Shown here one piece after another: positions 55,598 through 64,000 of a DNA stretch of 64,000 bases. Positions within the stretch are counted from its first letter, which is position 1, and every line of letters begins with the position of its first letter. The position numbers and the translations under genes are program-made. Below the pieces are notes generated by a model. It was given only the letters and a program-made list of their open reading frames with translations. It was not told the DNA's origin and did no database searches. The DNA is taken from NCBI GenBank assembly GCA_963716055.1, contig CAVQSR010000001.1, positions 11,367-75,366 on the forward strand, read 5' to 3'. The stretch comes from an uncultured Gemmatimonadales bacterium. GTDB taxonomy: Bacteria > Gemmatimonadota > Gemmatimonadetes > Gemmatimonadales > GWC2-71-9.

Positions 55598-58500
55598 GTG
55601 CCAAGCGACGGGCCCGTGGCGCTGCGCGAGCGGCTCGCCCGCACCGAGCGGATCGACGATCTCCGCGATGTCTTCCGCGCGCTCGGTTACAACGCGGCGT
55701 GGGACGCCGTGGCGCCCGGGCCCTGGCTTGGCGAGGCCGCCGCGGCGGCCGGCGTCACGCGGGCGGCGCTGGTCGCGCGCCACGGCGCGTTTCGCGTCTT
55801 TGCGCTCGCCGCCAGCCTCCCCGAAGCGGCGGCACGCGCCGCCGCCCGCCGCCTCGCGGCGAGCGCGGAACGCGGGCTCGCGTGCGCGTTGGGGGGCGAC
55901 CCGCGGCAGCTCGCCTGCGCCACCTGGCGCGTCCGCTCCGGCGGCGCGCTCGAGGTCCGCTGCATGACGCTGCCCGTGGCTGTCCCGCCCGCGAGCGCGC
56001 TCGCCACCCTCGAACGCCTCGCGCCCGCCACCGATGAGTCCGCACTCGCCCTGAGTCTCCGAGTCGGCGACTCGCTCGCGAGCGAGGCCGTGACGGGACG
56101 GTTCTTTCGGGCGTTCCGCGCCGTGCTCGAGCGGCTGACCGACCGGCTCGCGCCGCCACGCGGCGAGCGCCGGACGCTCGCGCTCACCGTGCTCACTAGA
56201 GTGCTGTTCCTCTACTTCGTGCAGGCGAAGGGCTGGCTCGACGGCGACCGCCGCTATCTGGTGCGCCGACTCGACGCCGCCCTCGCGGCACGCCGTTCGT
56301 TCCATCGCCTCGTGCTCAATCCGCTGTGCTTCGGGGCGCTCAACCGGCCGCCCGCCGAACGGACCCGACGGACGCTCGCGCTGGGGCGGTTGCCGTTTCT
56401 CAATGGCGGCCTGTTCGAGCCGACCTCGCTCGAGCGCCGCCACGGCACGGCCGATTGGAGCAACGCGGATTGGCGCGACGCGTTCGACGATCTGTTCGAG
56501 CGGTTCCACTTCTCGGTGCGCGAGGACGACACCGGCGATCTCGTCGCGCCCGACATGCTCGGTCGCGTCTTCGAGGGCGTCATGGAGCCGGAGCGGCGGC
56601 GCGCCAGCGGAACGTTCTACACACCCGCCGCGCTGGTGCGCGAGCTGGTGCGCGCCGGCCTCGAAGCGGCGCTCGTCCACCGCTTCGGGCTCGGCGCCAG
56701 GACGGCCGAGCGGTGGATCCGCGACGGCGTCGCGCCCGCTCAGCCGCCCCCGGTCGCGGACCTCACCGTACTCGACCCGGCGGTTGGATCGGGCGCGTTT
56801 CTGCTCGGGGCCCTCGAGGAGCTGGTCGCGTTGCGCGGCGGCCCCTCCCCATCCGACGCGGCGCGCCTGCGCCGCGACGTGATGCACCGCTCGCTGTTCG
56901 GCGTCGACGTGGACCTGACCGCCGTACGGCTCGCCGAGCTGCGGCTGTGGCTGGCCCTCGTCGCCGACGACCCGGCGGCCGATCCCGACGCGGTGGCGCC
57001 CCTGCCCAACCTCGACGGCCAGATCCGGCAGGGAGACGCGCTCCTCGATCCGCTCTCGGCGGCGGCCGCCCTCAGCGGCTCGCCGCTCGACGCCCCGGAG
57101 TCGGCCGAGCTGCGCCGCATCGATGCGGCCCGCCGCGCGCTGTTCGACGCGACCGGACCGGCGAAGCGCGCCCACGCCACCTCACTGGCACGCCTCGAGG
57201 CGGCGGCCATGGAGCGGCTCGGCGCCGCCGCCGTTGCCCGGCTCGACGCCGCGATCACCGAGCTGGTGCGGGCGGGGCAATCACCCGACCTGTTCGGGCG
57301 CCGCGCGGGGTTGGATGCCGGGGGACGCACGCGGCTGCGGCTACTCCGAGCGCGCCGGCGCGATCTGCGCCACGCGCGCCGGCGCATGACCCGCGAAGGC
57401 GGCACGCCGTTCTTCGCGTTCGAGTCGCACTTCGCGGACGTGGTGGGCCGCGGCGGCTACGATCTCGTCCTTGGCAACCCCCCGTGGGTGCGCGGCGAGC
57501 GGGTGCCGGTACGCGTTCGGGAAGCGCTCGCCGCCCGCTATCCCTGCTCGAGTCCGACGGGCGGGCGCTTCGCCCACGCGCCCGACCTCGCCGTGGCGTT
57601 CGTCGAGCGGGCGCTCGAGCTCGCGGCGCCGGCAGGCGTGATCGCGATGCTGGTGCCCGCCAAGCTGGCGACGAGCGGCTACGCCGAGCTGCTGCGGCGC
57701 CACCTCGCACACCACACTCGGCTCGAGCGCGTGGCCCCGCTCGAAGCACCGGTCGCCTTCGGGGCCGCCGTCTATCCCATGGCGCTGGTGGCGGCGCGGA
57801 GGAACCCCGCGCCCGACGCGACGACGGGCGTGGGGCTCGCCCCGGCGTCGTCCGGGCCGCGGATCCCACAGCGGTCCCTGCAGACCGAGGGACCGTGGAT
57901 TCTCCTGCCCGACGCCGGCCGCCTCGCCCAGTATGTGCGCACCCGGTTCCCCGAGCTGCGCGAGCGCTGGCGGCCGCTGCTCGGCGTCAAAACCGGAGCC
58001 GACGACCTTTTCTTGCGAACCGTACCCGCTCCCGGCACGCGGCCGGCGGCTCGTGGACGGGACGTGCGTCGCTACGATGTCCGGGTGGCACGCTGGCTCG
58101 CATGGACGCACGACGCGGCGGGCCGACCGCTCGAACGGCTGCCCGCGCCGCTGGCGCGGTTGCTCGACCAGCACGCGACCCGATTGCGCGGGCGCGCCGA
58201 CTATCGCGGCGGCCCGCCGTGGCAGTTGTTCCGCACCGCCCTGGGCACGGCTCCGTGGCGGGTGTGCTGGCCCGACCTCGCCCGGCGTCTCACCGCCGCC
58301 GTGCCCGACGCCGCGGTCGTCCCGTTGAATACGCTGTACGGCGTCATCACCCGGGACGCCGTAGACGCCCACGCGCTCGCCGCCTGGCTCAATGCCCGCT
58401 GGCTGACGGCGCTCGCGCGGCTGGACGCGGATCCCGCCCGGGGAGGGTTCCGCCGCTTCAACGCGCGCGTCGTGGGCAGGGTGCCCACCCCCGACGGCCG

Positions 58501-58633
58501 GGGTGATGTCTGGGCCCGGCTCGCCGCGCTCGGCGCGGCACGACGCGCCGACGACGACCTCGTGGCCGATGTCCTGGAGCTCGATGCCGCCGACCGCCGC
58601 GCCCTGGAGCCGCTGGCCAGCGCTGCTCGCTGA
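55598..58633 (+). CDS. Large N6-adenine DNA methyltransferase (Eco57I/type IIG-like)
   Basis: [49 protein letters not shown] (motif I), GNPPW (motif IV), GVKTG. Confidence 0.9.
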   Translation: MPSDGPVALRERLARTERIDDLRDVFRALGYNAAWDAVAPGPWLGEAAAAAGVTRAALVARHGAFRVFALAASLPEAAARAAARRLAASAERGLACALGGDPRQLACATWRVRSGGALEVRCMTLPVAVPPASALATLERLAPATDESALALSLRVGDSLASEAVTGRFFRAFRAVLERLTDRLAPPRGERRTLALTVLTRVLFLYFVQAKGWLDGDRRYLVRRLDAALAARRSFHRLVLNPLCFGALNRPPAERTRRTLALGRLPFLNGGLFEPTSLERRHGTADWSNADWRDAFDDLFERFHFSVREDDTGDLVAPDMLGRVFEGVMEPERRRASGTFYTPAALVRELVRAGLEAALVHRFGLGARTAERWIRDGVAPAQPPPVADLTVLDPAVGSGAFLLGALEELVALRGGPSPSDAARLRRDVMHRSLFGVDVDLTAVRLAELRLWLALVADDPAADPDAVAPLPNLDGQIRQGDALLDPLSAAAALSGSPLDAPESAELRRIDAARRALFDATGPAKRAHATSLARLEAAAMERLGAAAVARLDAAITELVRAGQSPDLFGRRAGLDAGGRTRLRLLRARRRDLRHARRRMTREGGTPFFAFESHFADVVGRGGYDLVLGNPPWVRGERVPVRVREALAARYPCSSPTGGRFAHAPDLAVAFVERALELAAPAGVIAMLVPAKLATSGYAELLRRHLAHHTRLERVAPLEAPVAFGAAVYPMALVAARRNPAPDATTGVGLAPASSGPRIPQRSLQTEGPWILLPDAGRLAQYVRTRFPELRERWRPLLGVKTGADDLFLRTVPAPGTRPAARGRDVRRYDVRVARWLAWTHDAAGRPLERLPAPLARLLDQHATRLRGRADYRGGPPWQLFRTALGTAPWRVCWPDLARRLTAAVPDAAVVPLNTLYGVITRDAVDAHALAAWLNARWLTALARLDADPARGGFRRFNARVVGRVPTPDGRGDVWARLAALGAARRADDDLVADVLELDAADRRALEPLASAAR

Positions 58634-60929
58634 GGACCTGCGCCCGCTCGCCGAGCCGCTCGGGGCGCTGCTCCAGCCGGGCCCCGCCGCGCCGCCCGCC
58701 CTGGTCGCCAGGCTGGCCGCCCGGGCGCTGCTCGACCTGCCCGCCGACCCCGCTCCGCTCCCACCCTGGCTCGCTCCCCATCAACGCCCCGCCGTCCGAC
58801 GGCTGCGCGCCATCGTGACGCGCTACGGCGGGGCGCTGCTGGCCGACGACGTCGGACTGGGCAAGTCGTACGTGGCGCTCGCTGTGGCCCGCGTGCTCGA
58901 CCGGCCGGTCGCGCTGATCGTACCGGCGATCCTCGCCGCCCAGTGGGACTCGCTTCTCGCGCGGCTTGGTGCGACCGCCCGCGTCGTGACCCACGAGCGC
59001 TTGAGCGCGGCTCAGTCCGATGGCGGCGCGGTCGGGGACGCGCGGCTGCTCGTTGTGGACGAGGCGCACCGCTTCCGCAATCCGGCCACCCGGCGCTACC
59101 GCGCGCTCGCGCGTCTTGCGGTCGGCCGCGCGGTGCTCCTCGTCACGGCGACGCCGGTGCACAACCGCCTGGCCGACCTGGTGCACTTGCTGCACCTCTT
59201 CATCCGGGACGATGCGCTCACGGCGTTCGGGGTCGCGTCGCTCCGCGTCGCCGCGCGGGGCGACGTGGATCCCGACTGCCTGCGTGCGGCGGTGGCGCGG
59301 CTCGTGGTCGCGCGGTCGCGCCAGCGGGCGCGCGAGCGGGCCACGGGACCGTTGCTCGTCTTCCCCGATCGCGCGCGGGGGACGCTCGTGCATGCGGCCA
59401 CCGCGCCCGACGACACGGTCCGGGCGCTCGCCGCCGCGATTGGCGGGCTCGCGCTCGACACGCGCGCGGCGGCGCTCGTACGGCTGTTGCTGTTGTCGCG
59501 TCTCGCGTCGAGCCTGCCCGCGCTGCGCGCCACCACTGGGCGGCTCGCGGCCTACGCCGCCGCGGCGCGGGACGCGGCCCGACACGGCCGCACGCTGTCG
59601 CCCCGGGAGTTCGCCCGGTGGTTCCCGGCGGGAGAGGGCGGCGACATTCAGCTCGCGCTCACCCCGCTCCTCCTCGACGCCGGACCGTCCACGGGCGCGA
59701 TCGCGGACCCCGACGCGCTGCGGGATGTCGTGCAGCGCGCCGCGAGCACGGTGGACCCCAAGGCCGCGGCGTTGGACCGGCTGCTGCGCGATCCGCAGCT
59801 CAAGACCATCGTCTTCACCAACGCCCGGGCGACGGCGCACCATCTCGCCCGGCTGCTGGGCCGGCGGCACCGTCTCGCGGTGATCACGGCGGGCGGCGGG
59901 CGCTGGGGAACCGAGCGGGGCACCCGCGCCGCCGTGCTGCGCGCCTTTGCCCCGGACGCGCTCGGCGCGGCGCCGCCTCCGCACGCGCTCACCACCGACG
60001 TGCTCGTCGCCACCGACCTCCTCAGCGAGGGCCTCAATCTCCAGGACGCCGCGCGCGTGGTGCACTATGACCTGCCCTGGACTCCCGCCCGGCTGGCGCA
60101 GCGGGTGGGGCGCATCGACCGGCTGGGATCGCGCCATGCGTGCATCGCGACGGTCGCGTTCCTGCCCCCGGGGCCGCTGGCGGAGGCCATCGCGCTCGAG
60201 CGTCGGCTCGCCGGCAAGGCCGCGGCGCAGCGGCGCGCCGGCGCCGCCGCGACCGAGGCCCCGGACGGCCCGGCGCCGGGCGGAGTGCTCGACTGGTGCG
60301 ACCGGCTGCAGGCCCTGGCCGAGAACGGCGCGCCACGGCGATCCGATGATCCGACCGCGTCCGCCAGTGGGCCGGCGGCCGTGGTGCTGGTGGTGCGCCT
60401 GGGCGGAGCGGCGGGCCTGGTCGAGGCGTTGGTGGTGGACGGTGCCGGCTGCGCGGCGGATCCCGACCGGGCGACGGCGCTTCTCGAGACGGCCGCCGGC
60501 AGAGCGGCGCGCGAGCCGGACGCCGCCCACGCCGCCGTGCGCGCGGCGGTCGCGCGGGCCGCCGCGACGGTGCGCGCACGGTTACGGACCCTCACCGCCG
60601 CCCGCTGGCGAGCGGTGGATCGCGATGCGCCGGGCCGCCGGCTGGTCGCCTGGGTCCTGGCGGACGCGCGGCGCGCGGCGCGCGCCGGCGACGCCCGGCG
60701 CCTCGCCCGGCTCGACGCGCTGGTGGCACGCCTCACACAGGGAATGACGGCCGGCGAGGAGCTGCTGCTGCGGGACCTGGTAGAGCAGCGTGACCCGCTC
60801 GAGGTCCGCCATTTGCTCGACTGGCACGGGCGGCTCCCGCCGCCGGGCGACGAGTCCCGCGGGCCGGCCGCGGAGCTCGTGGCGGCCGTGGTCGTCGGCG
60901 ATGCCTGCGGCGGCTACCTTTCGGCGTGA
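58623..60929 (+). CDS. SNF2-like superfamily 2 helicase/ATPase
   Basis: [44 protein letters not shown]; start uncertain (58584-58623), overlaps the MTase stop. Confidence 0.88.
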   Translation: MLAEDLRPLAEPLGALLQPGPAAPPALVARLAARALLDLPADPAPLPPWLAPHQRPAVRRLRAIVTRYGGALLADDVGLGKSYVALAVARVLDRPVALIVPAILAAQWDSLLARLGATARVVTHERLSAAQSDGGAVGDARLLVVDEAHRFRNPATRRYRALARLAVGRAVLLVTATPVHNRLADLVHLLHLFIRDDALTAFGVASLRVAARGDVDPDCLRAAVARLVVARSRQRARERATGPLLVFPDRARGTLVHAATAPDDTVRALAAAIGGLALDTRAAALVRLLLLSRLASSLPALRATTGRLAAYAAAARDAARHGRTLSPREFARWFPAGEGGDIQLALTPLLLDAGPSTGAIADPDALRDVVQRAASTVDPKAAALDRLLRDPQLKTIVFTNARATAHHLARLLGRRHRLAVITAGGGRWGTERGTRAAVLRAFAPDALGAAPPPHALTTDVLVATDLLSEGLNLQDAARVVHYDLPWTPARLAQRVGRIDRLGSRHACIATVAFLPPGPLAEAIALERRLAGKAAAQRRAGAAATEAPDGPAPGGVLDWCDRLQALAENGAPRRSDDPTASASGPAAVVLVVRLGGAAGLVEALVVDGAGCAADPDRATALLETAAGRAAREPDAAHAAVRAAVARAAATVRARLRTLTAARWRAVDRDAPGRRLVAWVLADARRAARAGDARRLARLDALVARLTQGMTAGEELLLRDLVEQRDPLEVRHLLDWHGRLPPPGDESRGPAAELVAAVVVGDACGGYLSA

Positions 60930-61570
60930 ATCTCACCACGTTCCTGTTCGACCTCGACGGCACGCTCATCGACTCGATCGAGCTGATCCTGCGCTCGTAC
61001 CGCCACACCATGGAAGTGCACCGCGGGTCGGCGCCGCCCGATGCGCACTGGATGGCCGGCCTCGGCACGCCGCTGTGGGTACAGTTCCGGCAGTTCACCG
61101 ATGACGAGACCGAGATCCAGGCGATGGTCGCGACCTACCGGGAATACAACCTCGCCCACCACGACGCGCTGGTGCGGCCCTACGACGGGGTGGTGAGCGC
61201 CGTGCGCGCGCTGCACGCCCGCGGCGGCCGGCTCGGGCTCGTGACGAGCAAGATGCGCGCGGGCGCCCTGCGCGGGCTGCGCCTGGTCGGACTGGAGGAC
61301 GCGTTCGCGACGGTCGTGGGCTCGGACGAAGTGACGAACCCCAAGCCGCATCCCGAGCCGGTGCACACGGCGCTCGAGCGACTCGCCGCGCCGCCCGCCG
61401 GGGCCATATTCATCGGTGACTCGCGGCACGACATCGAATGCGGCCGTGCCGCCGGCGTGCGCACCGCCGCCGTCCTGTGGGGACCGTTCGACCGCGCGCA
61501 CCTGGAAGACCTGCAGCCCGATTACTGGCTCCACCGACCGGAGGAACTGCGTGAGCTTCTACCCGTTTGA
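60926..61570 (+). CDS. HAD-superfamily phosphatase (PpaX-like)
   Basis: FDLDGTLID, VTSK, KPHP, IGDS. Confidence 0.92.
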   Translation: MNLTTFLFDLDGTLIDSIELILRSYRHTMEVHRGSAPPDAHWMAGLGTPLWVQFRQFTDDETEIQAMVATYREYNLAHHDALVRPYDGVVSAVRALHARGGRLGLVTSKMRAGALRGLRLVGLEDAFATVVGSDEVTNPKPHPEPVHTALERLAAPPAGAIFIGDSRHDIECGRAAGVRTAAVLWGPFDRAHLEDLQPDYWLHRPEELRELLPV

Positions 61571-62675
61571 GCTCGAGCGCTGGCAGAGCACCTGGGAGCA
61601 CCGCGTCCGCTACAACCTGTCGGAATCGGGGGTCCATCCGCTCACGGTGGGAGAGCTGCTGGTATTGGCGGGCGCGTCGGCCGATCCCCTGCTCGACGTC
61701 CGGCTCGGATACAGCCAGTCGAACGGCACCGACCTGCTGCGCGCGCGCATCGCGGCGCTCTATCCCGGCGCGACGCCCGACCACGTGCTGGCGACCACGG
61801 GGTCGAGCGAGGCCAACTTCGTCGTCTGCTGGCGCCTGATCGAGCCCGGCGACAAGGTCACCGTGCTCGTGCCCAACTACCTCCAGACGAACGGCCTGGC
61901 CCGGAACTTCGGCGCCGAGGTGCGCGAGCTGGCGCTGCGCCTCGAACGGGGCTGGGAGCCCGACGCGGGCGAGATCCGCACCGCGATCCCGGACGGCACG
62001 AAGCTGGTGGTCGTGACCAACCCGCACAACCCGTCGGGGCACGTGCTGTCGGAGGACGCGCGGGCCGCGATTCTCGCCCGCGCGGGGGCGGTCGGCGCCT
62101 GGCTCCTCGTGGACGAGGTGTATCAGGGCGCGGAACTCGACGGCGTGACCACGCCGTCGTTCTGGAACAGCTACGAGCGGCTGATCGTGGTGAGCGGTCT
62201 GTCGAAGGCCTACGGCCTGCCGGGCCTCCGCGTCGGCTGGATCGTCTCCACCCCGGAGTTCGCGCTGCAGGCGTGGTCGCGGCACGACTACACGACCATC
62301 GGCCCGTCGGGCGCCGTGGATCACTTGGCGGCCGTCGCCCTCGGCCCCGCGACCCGCGAGCGCATCATCGCGCGCACGCGGGGCATTTTGAACGCGAACT
62401 ACCCGGTGCTCGAGGCCTGGCTGAAGCGGTTCGGTGACACGTTCGCGTGGCGCCCGCCCCGAGCCGGCGCCATTTGTTTTGCGCGCTACCGGCCCGCCGT
62501 GAGCGGGCTCGAGCTGATGGAGTACGTACGGGCGCACCACGACGTGCTGCTCGTCCCGGGCGAGCATTTCGGCATGCCTGGGTTCATCCGCTTCGGCATG
62601 GGGAACGAGGCCACCGAACTGCGCGCGGCACTCGACGAGACCGAACGCGGCTTGCGCCATTTCTTCCGCGACTGA
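61551..62675 (+). CDS. Class I/II PLP-dependent aminotransferase
   Basis: NLSESG, NPHNPSG, DEVY, SKAYGLPGLRVGW. Confidence 0.92.
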   Translation: MSFYPFELERWQSTWEHRVRYNLSESGVHPLTVGELLVLAGASADPLLDVRLGYSQSNGTDLLRARIAALYPGATPDHVLATTGSSEANFVVCWRLIEPGDKVTVLVPNYLQTNGLARNFGAEVRELALRLERGWEPDAGEIRTAIPDGTKLVVVTNPHNPSGHVLSEDARAAILARAGAVGAWLLVDEVYQGAELDGVTTPSFWNSYERLIVVSGLSKAYGLPGLRVGWIVSTPEFALQAWSRHDYTTIGPSGAVDHLAAVALGPATRERIIARTRGILNANYPVLEAWLKRFGDTFAWRPPRAGAICFARYRPAVSGLELMEYVRAHHDVLLVPGEHFGMPGFIRFGMGNEATELRAALDETERGLRHFFRD

Positions 62676-62677
62676 GG

Positions 62678-62874
62678 ATGCGGGTCGCCCCGTTCGGGTC
62701 CCTGCGGGACAGGGTGCCGATGGCGGTGGCGATTTGGAACCGCACCCCCGGGCGCGCGAACTTGGCGGCGTGGTGGATACGCGCGAGCGGCACGACGAGA
62801 TTACGGTGGCGGACTTGACCGTGGTGGGCGTGCAGGACGCCGCGGTCGCGCTGCTGGAGGGAGACCCGGCATGA
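62678..62874 (+). pseudogene. Internally deleted ornithine cyclodeaminase/mu-crystallin family remnant
   Basis: N-terminal MRVAPFGSLRDRVPMAVAI; in another frame RELGGVV...DEITVADLTVVGVQDAAVA, ending in TGA overlapping the ALDH ATG. Confidence 0.55.
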
Positions 62875-64000
62875 AACGGACTGCTGACGCAGACGCGCTC
62901 GTCATTCGCTCGCCGCAGGACGGCACCGAGGTGGGCGTGGTACCGCTGGCCGGACCCGCCGAGGTGCGCGCGGCGCTCGACGCCAACGCCGCGGCGGCCC
63001 GTGCCTGCCGCGAGCTCCCCGCGCACCGCCGCGCCGCGGCGCTCCGCGCCGTGGCCGACGGGCTCGAGGCCCGCCGGGACGCGCTCGCCCGCACGCTGGC
63101 CCTCGAGGCCGGCAAGCCGCTCACCCAGGCCCGCGCCGAGCTCGACCGCGCCGCGTTCGTATTCCGCGACGCGGCAGAGGAGGCGACGCGCATCGGTGGC
63201 GACGTGCTGCCCGCCGACGTCGTGCCGGGCGGTACGGGCCGGATCGCGTTAACGCGGCGCTTCCCGCTCGCGCCCGCCGTCGGCATCACGCCGTTCAACT
63301 TCCCGGTCCTGCTCGCGGCCCACAAGCTGGCGCCGGCGATGGCGTGCGGCGCGGCGATGACGCTCAAGCCCCCGCCGCAGGACCCGCTCACGACGCTCGC
63401 GTTGTACGACCTGATCCGGGAGTCGGGCTATCCCGACGGCGGGGTGCGGGTGGTGCCGTGCCACGTGGAAGTCGCCCAGATCCTGCTCGAGGACCCGCGC
63501 GTGCGCGTGATATCGTTCACGGGGAGCGCGCGGGCGGGGTGGCAGATCCGTGCCAAGGCGGGGACGAAACGCGTCGCGCTCGAGCTCGGCGGGAACGCCG
63601 GGGTGATCATCGAGCCCGACGCCGATCTGGCCTGGGCGGCCTCACGCTGCGTGCTGGGCGGCTACACCTACGCCGGCCAATCGTGCATCTCGGCGCAGCG
63701 TATCTTCGTGCACGAGGACGTGTATCGTCCCTTCCTCGACCGGTTCGTCCCGGGCGTCGCGGCGCTGCGGGTGGGCGACGTGCTCGACGAAGCCACGCAG
63801 GTCGGGCCCCTGATTTCGCGGGACGCGGCCGACCGGGTCGCCGGCTGGATCGCCGAGGCCGTGGCGGCGGGGGCCGTGGCCGCGACGGGCGGCGGCCGGC
63901 GCGGGCAGGTGATCGAGCCGACGGTGCTGCTCGACACCACAGCCGACATGAAGGTGAACTGCGAGGAAGTGTTCGCGCCGCTCGTCACCGTGACGCCGTA
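62871..64000 (+). CDS. Aldehyde dehydrogenase (3'-truncated by the window edge)
   Basis: EAGKP, ITPFNFP, SFTGS, LELGGN, GQSCIS, EEVFAP. Confidence 0.93.
   Translation, partial: MKRTADADALVIRSPQDGTEVGVVPLAGPAEVRAALDANAAAARACRELPAHRRAAALRAVADGLEARRDALARTLALEAGKPLTQARAELDRAAFVFRDAAEEATRIGGDVLPADVVPGGTGRIALTRRFPLAPAVGITPFNFPVLLAAHKLAPAMACGAAMTLKPPPQDPLTTLALYDLIRESGYPDGGVRVVPCHVEVAQILLEDPRVRVISFTGSARAGWQIRAKAGTKRVALELGGNAGVIIEPDADLAWAASRCVLGGYTYAGQSCISAQRIFVHEDVYRPFLDRFVPGVAALRVGDVLDEATQVGPLISRDAADRVAGWIAEAVAAGAVAATGGGRRGQVIEPTVLLDTTADMKVNCEEVFAPLVTVTP

Noticed and set aside
55598-60929. Complete DISARM or BREX system
   Set aside because: No DrmA/B/C, PglZ, BrxC or BrxL genes in the window.

Overview
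A very GC-rich bacterial chromosome segment. The gene repertoire (tandem Ser/Thr kinase-TPR receptors, DUF4097/ECF module, HTH-integrase pair) suggests Gemmatimonadota, which is an inference. From left to right: the right end of an integrative element (helicase/wHTH remnant, excisionase, frameshifted tyrosine integrase) abutting tRNA-Gln(CTG); tRNA-Ala(CGC); rnz; mlaE-F-D; a short mutY; two tandem kinase-TPR genes; a DUF559 nuclease pseudogene boxed by inverted REP-like hairpins; an ~12 kb minus-strand copper cluster (Cys/His/Pro-rich leader, DUF5676-like, TolC, CusB, CusA, PII, CopA, DUF411, GNAT, beta-barrel, His-rich lipoprotein); housekeeping and stress genes; a DtxR-family regulator / two-domain multicopper oxidase / ZIP / beta-barrel operon with an operator-like palindrome; an ECF-anti-sigma-DUF4097 module; a DNA N6-methyltransferase + SNF2-like helicase pair with no visible nuclease; and HAD, aminotransferase, a cyclodeaminase remnant and a partial ALDH. 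Best candidates for undescribed biology: (i) a putative ribosome-stalling copper leader whose stop codon base-pairs with the next gene's SD; (ii) the MTase-helicase pair; (iii) tandem-repeat palindromes of differing unit sequence, several in frame inside genes; (iv) the DUF559 element; (v) the DtxR-2dMCO-ZIP-barrel operon. Clustered single-base frameshifts (integrase, cusA/cusB, HAF gene) may be assembly errors. All family assignments come from motif recognition by eye, not from database searches.
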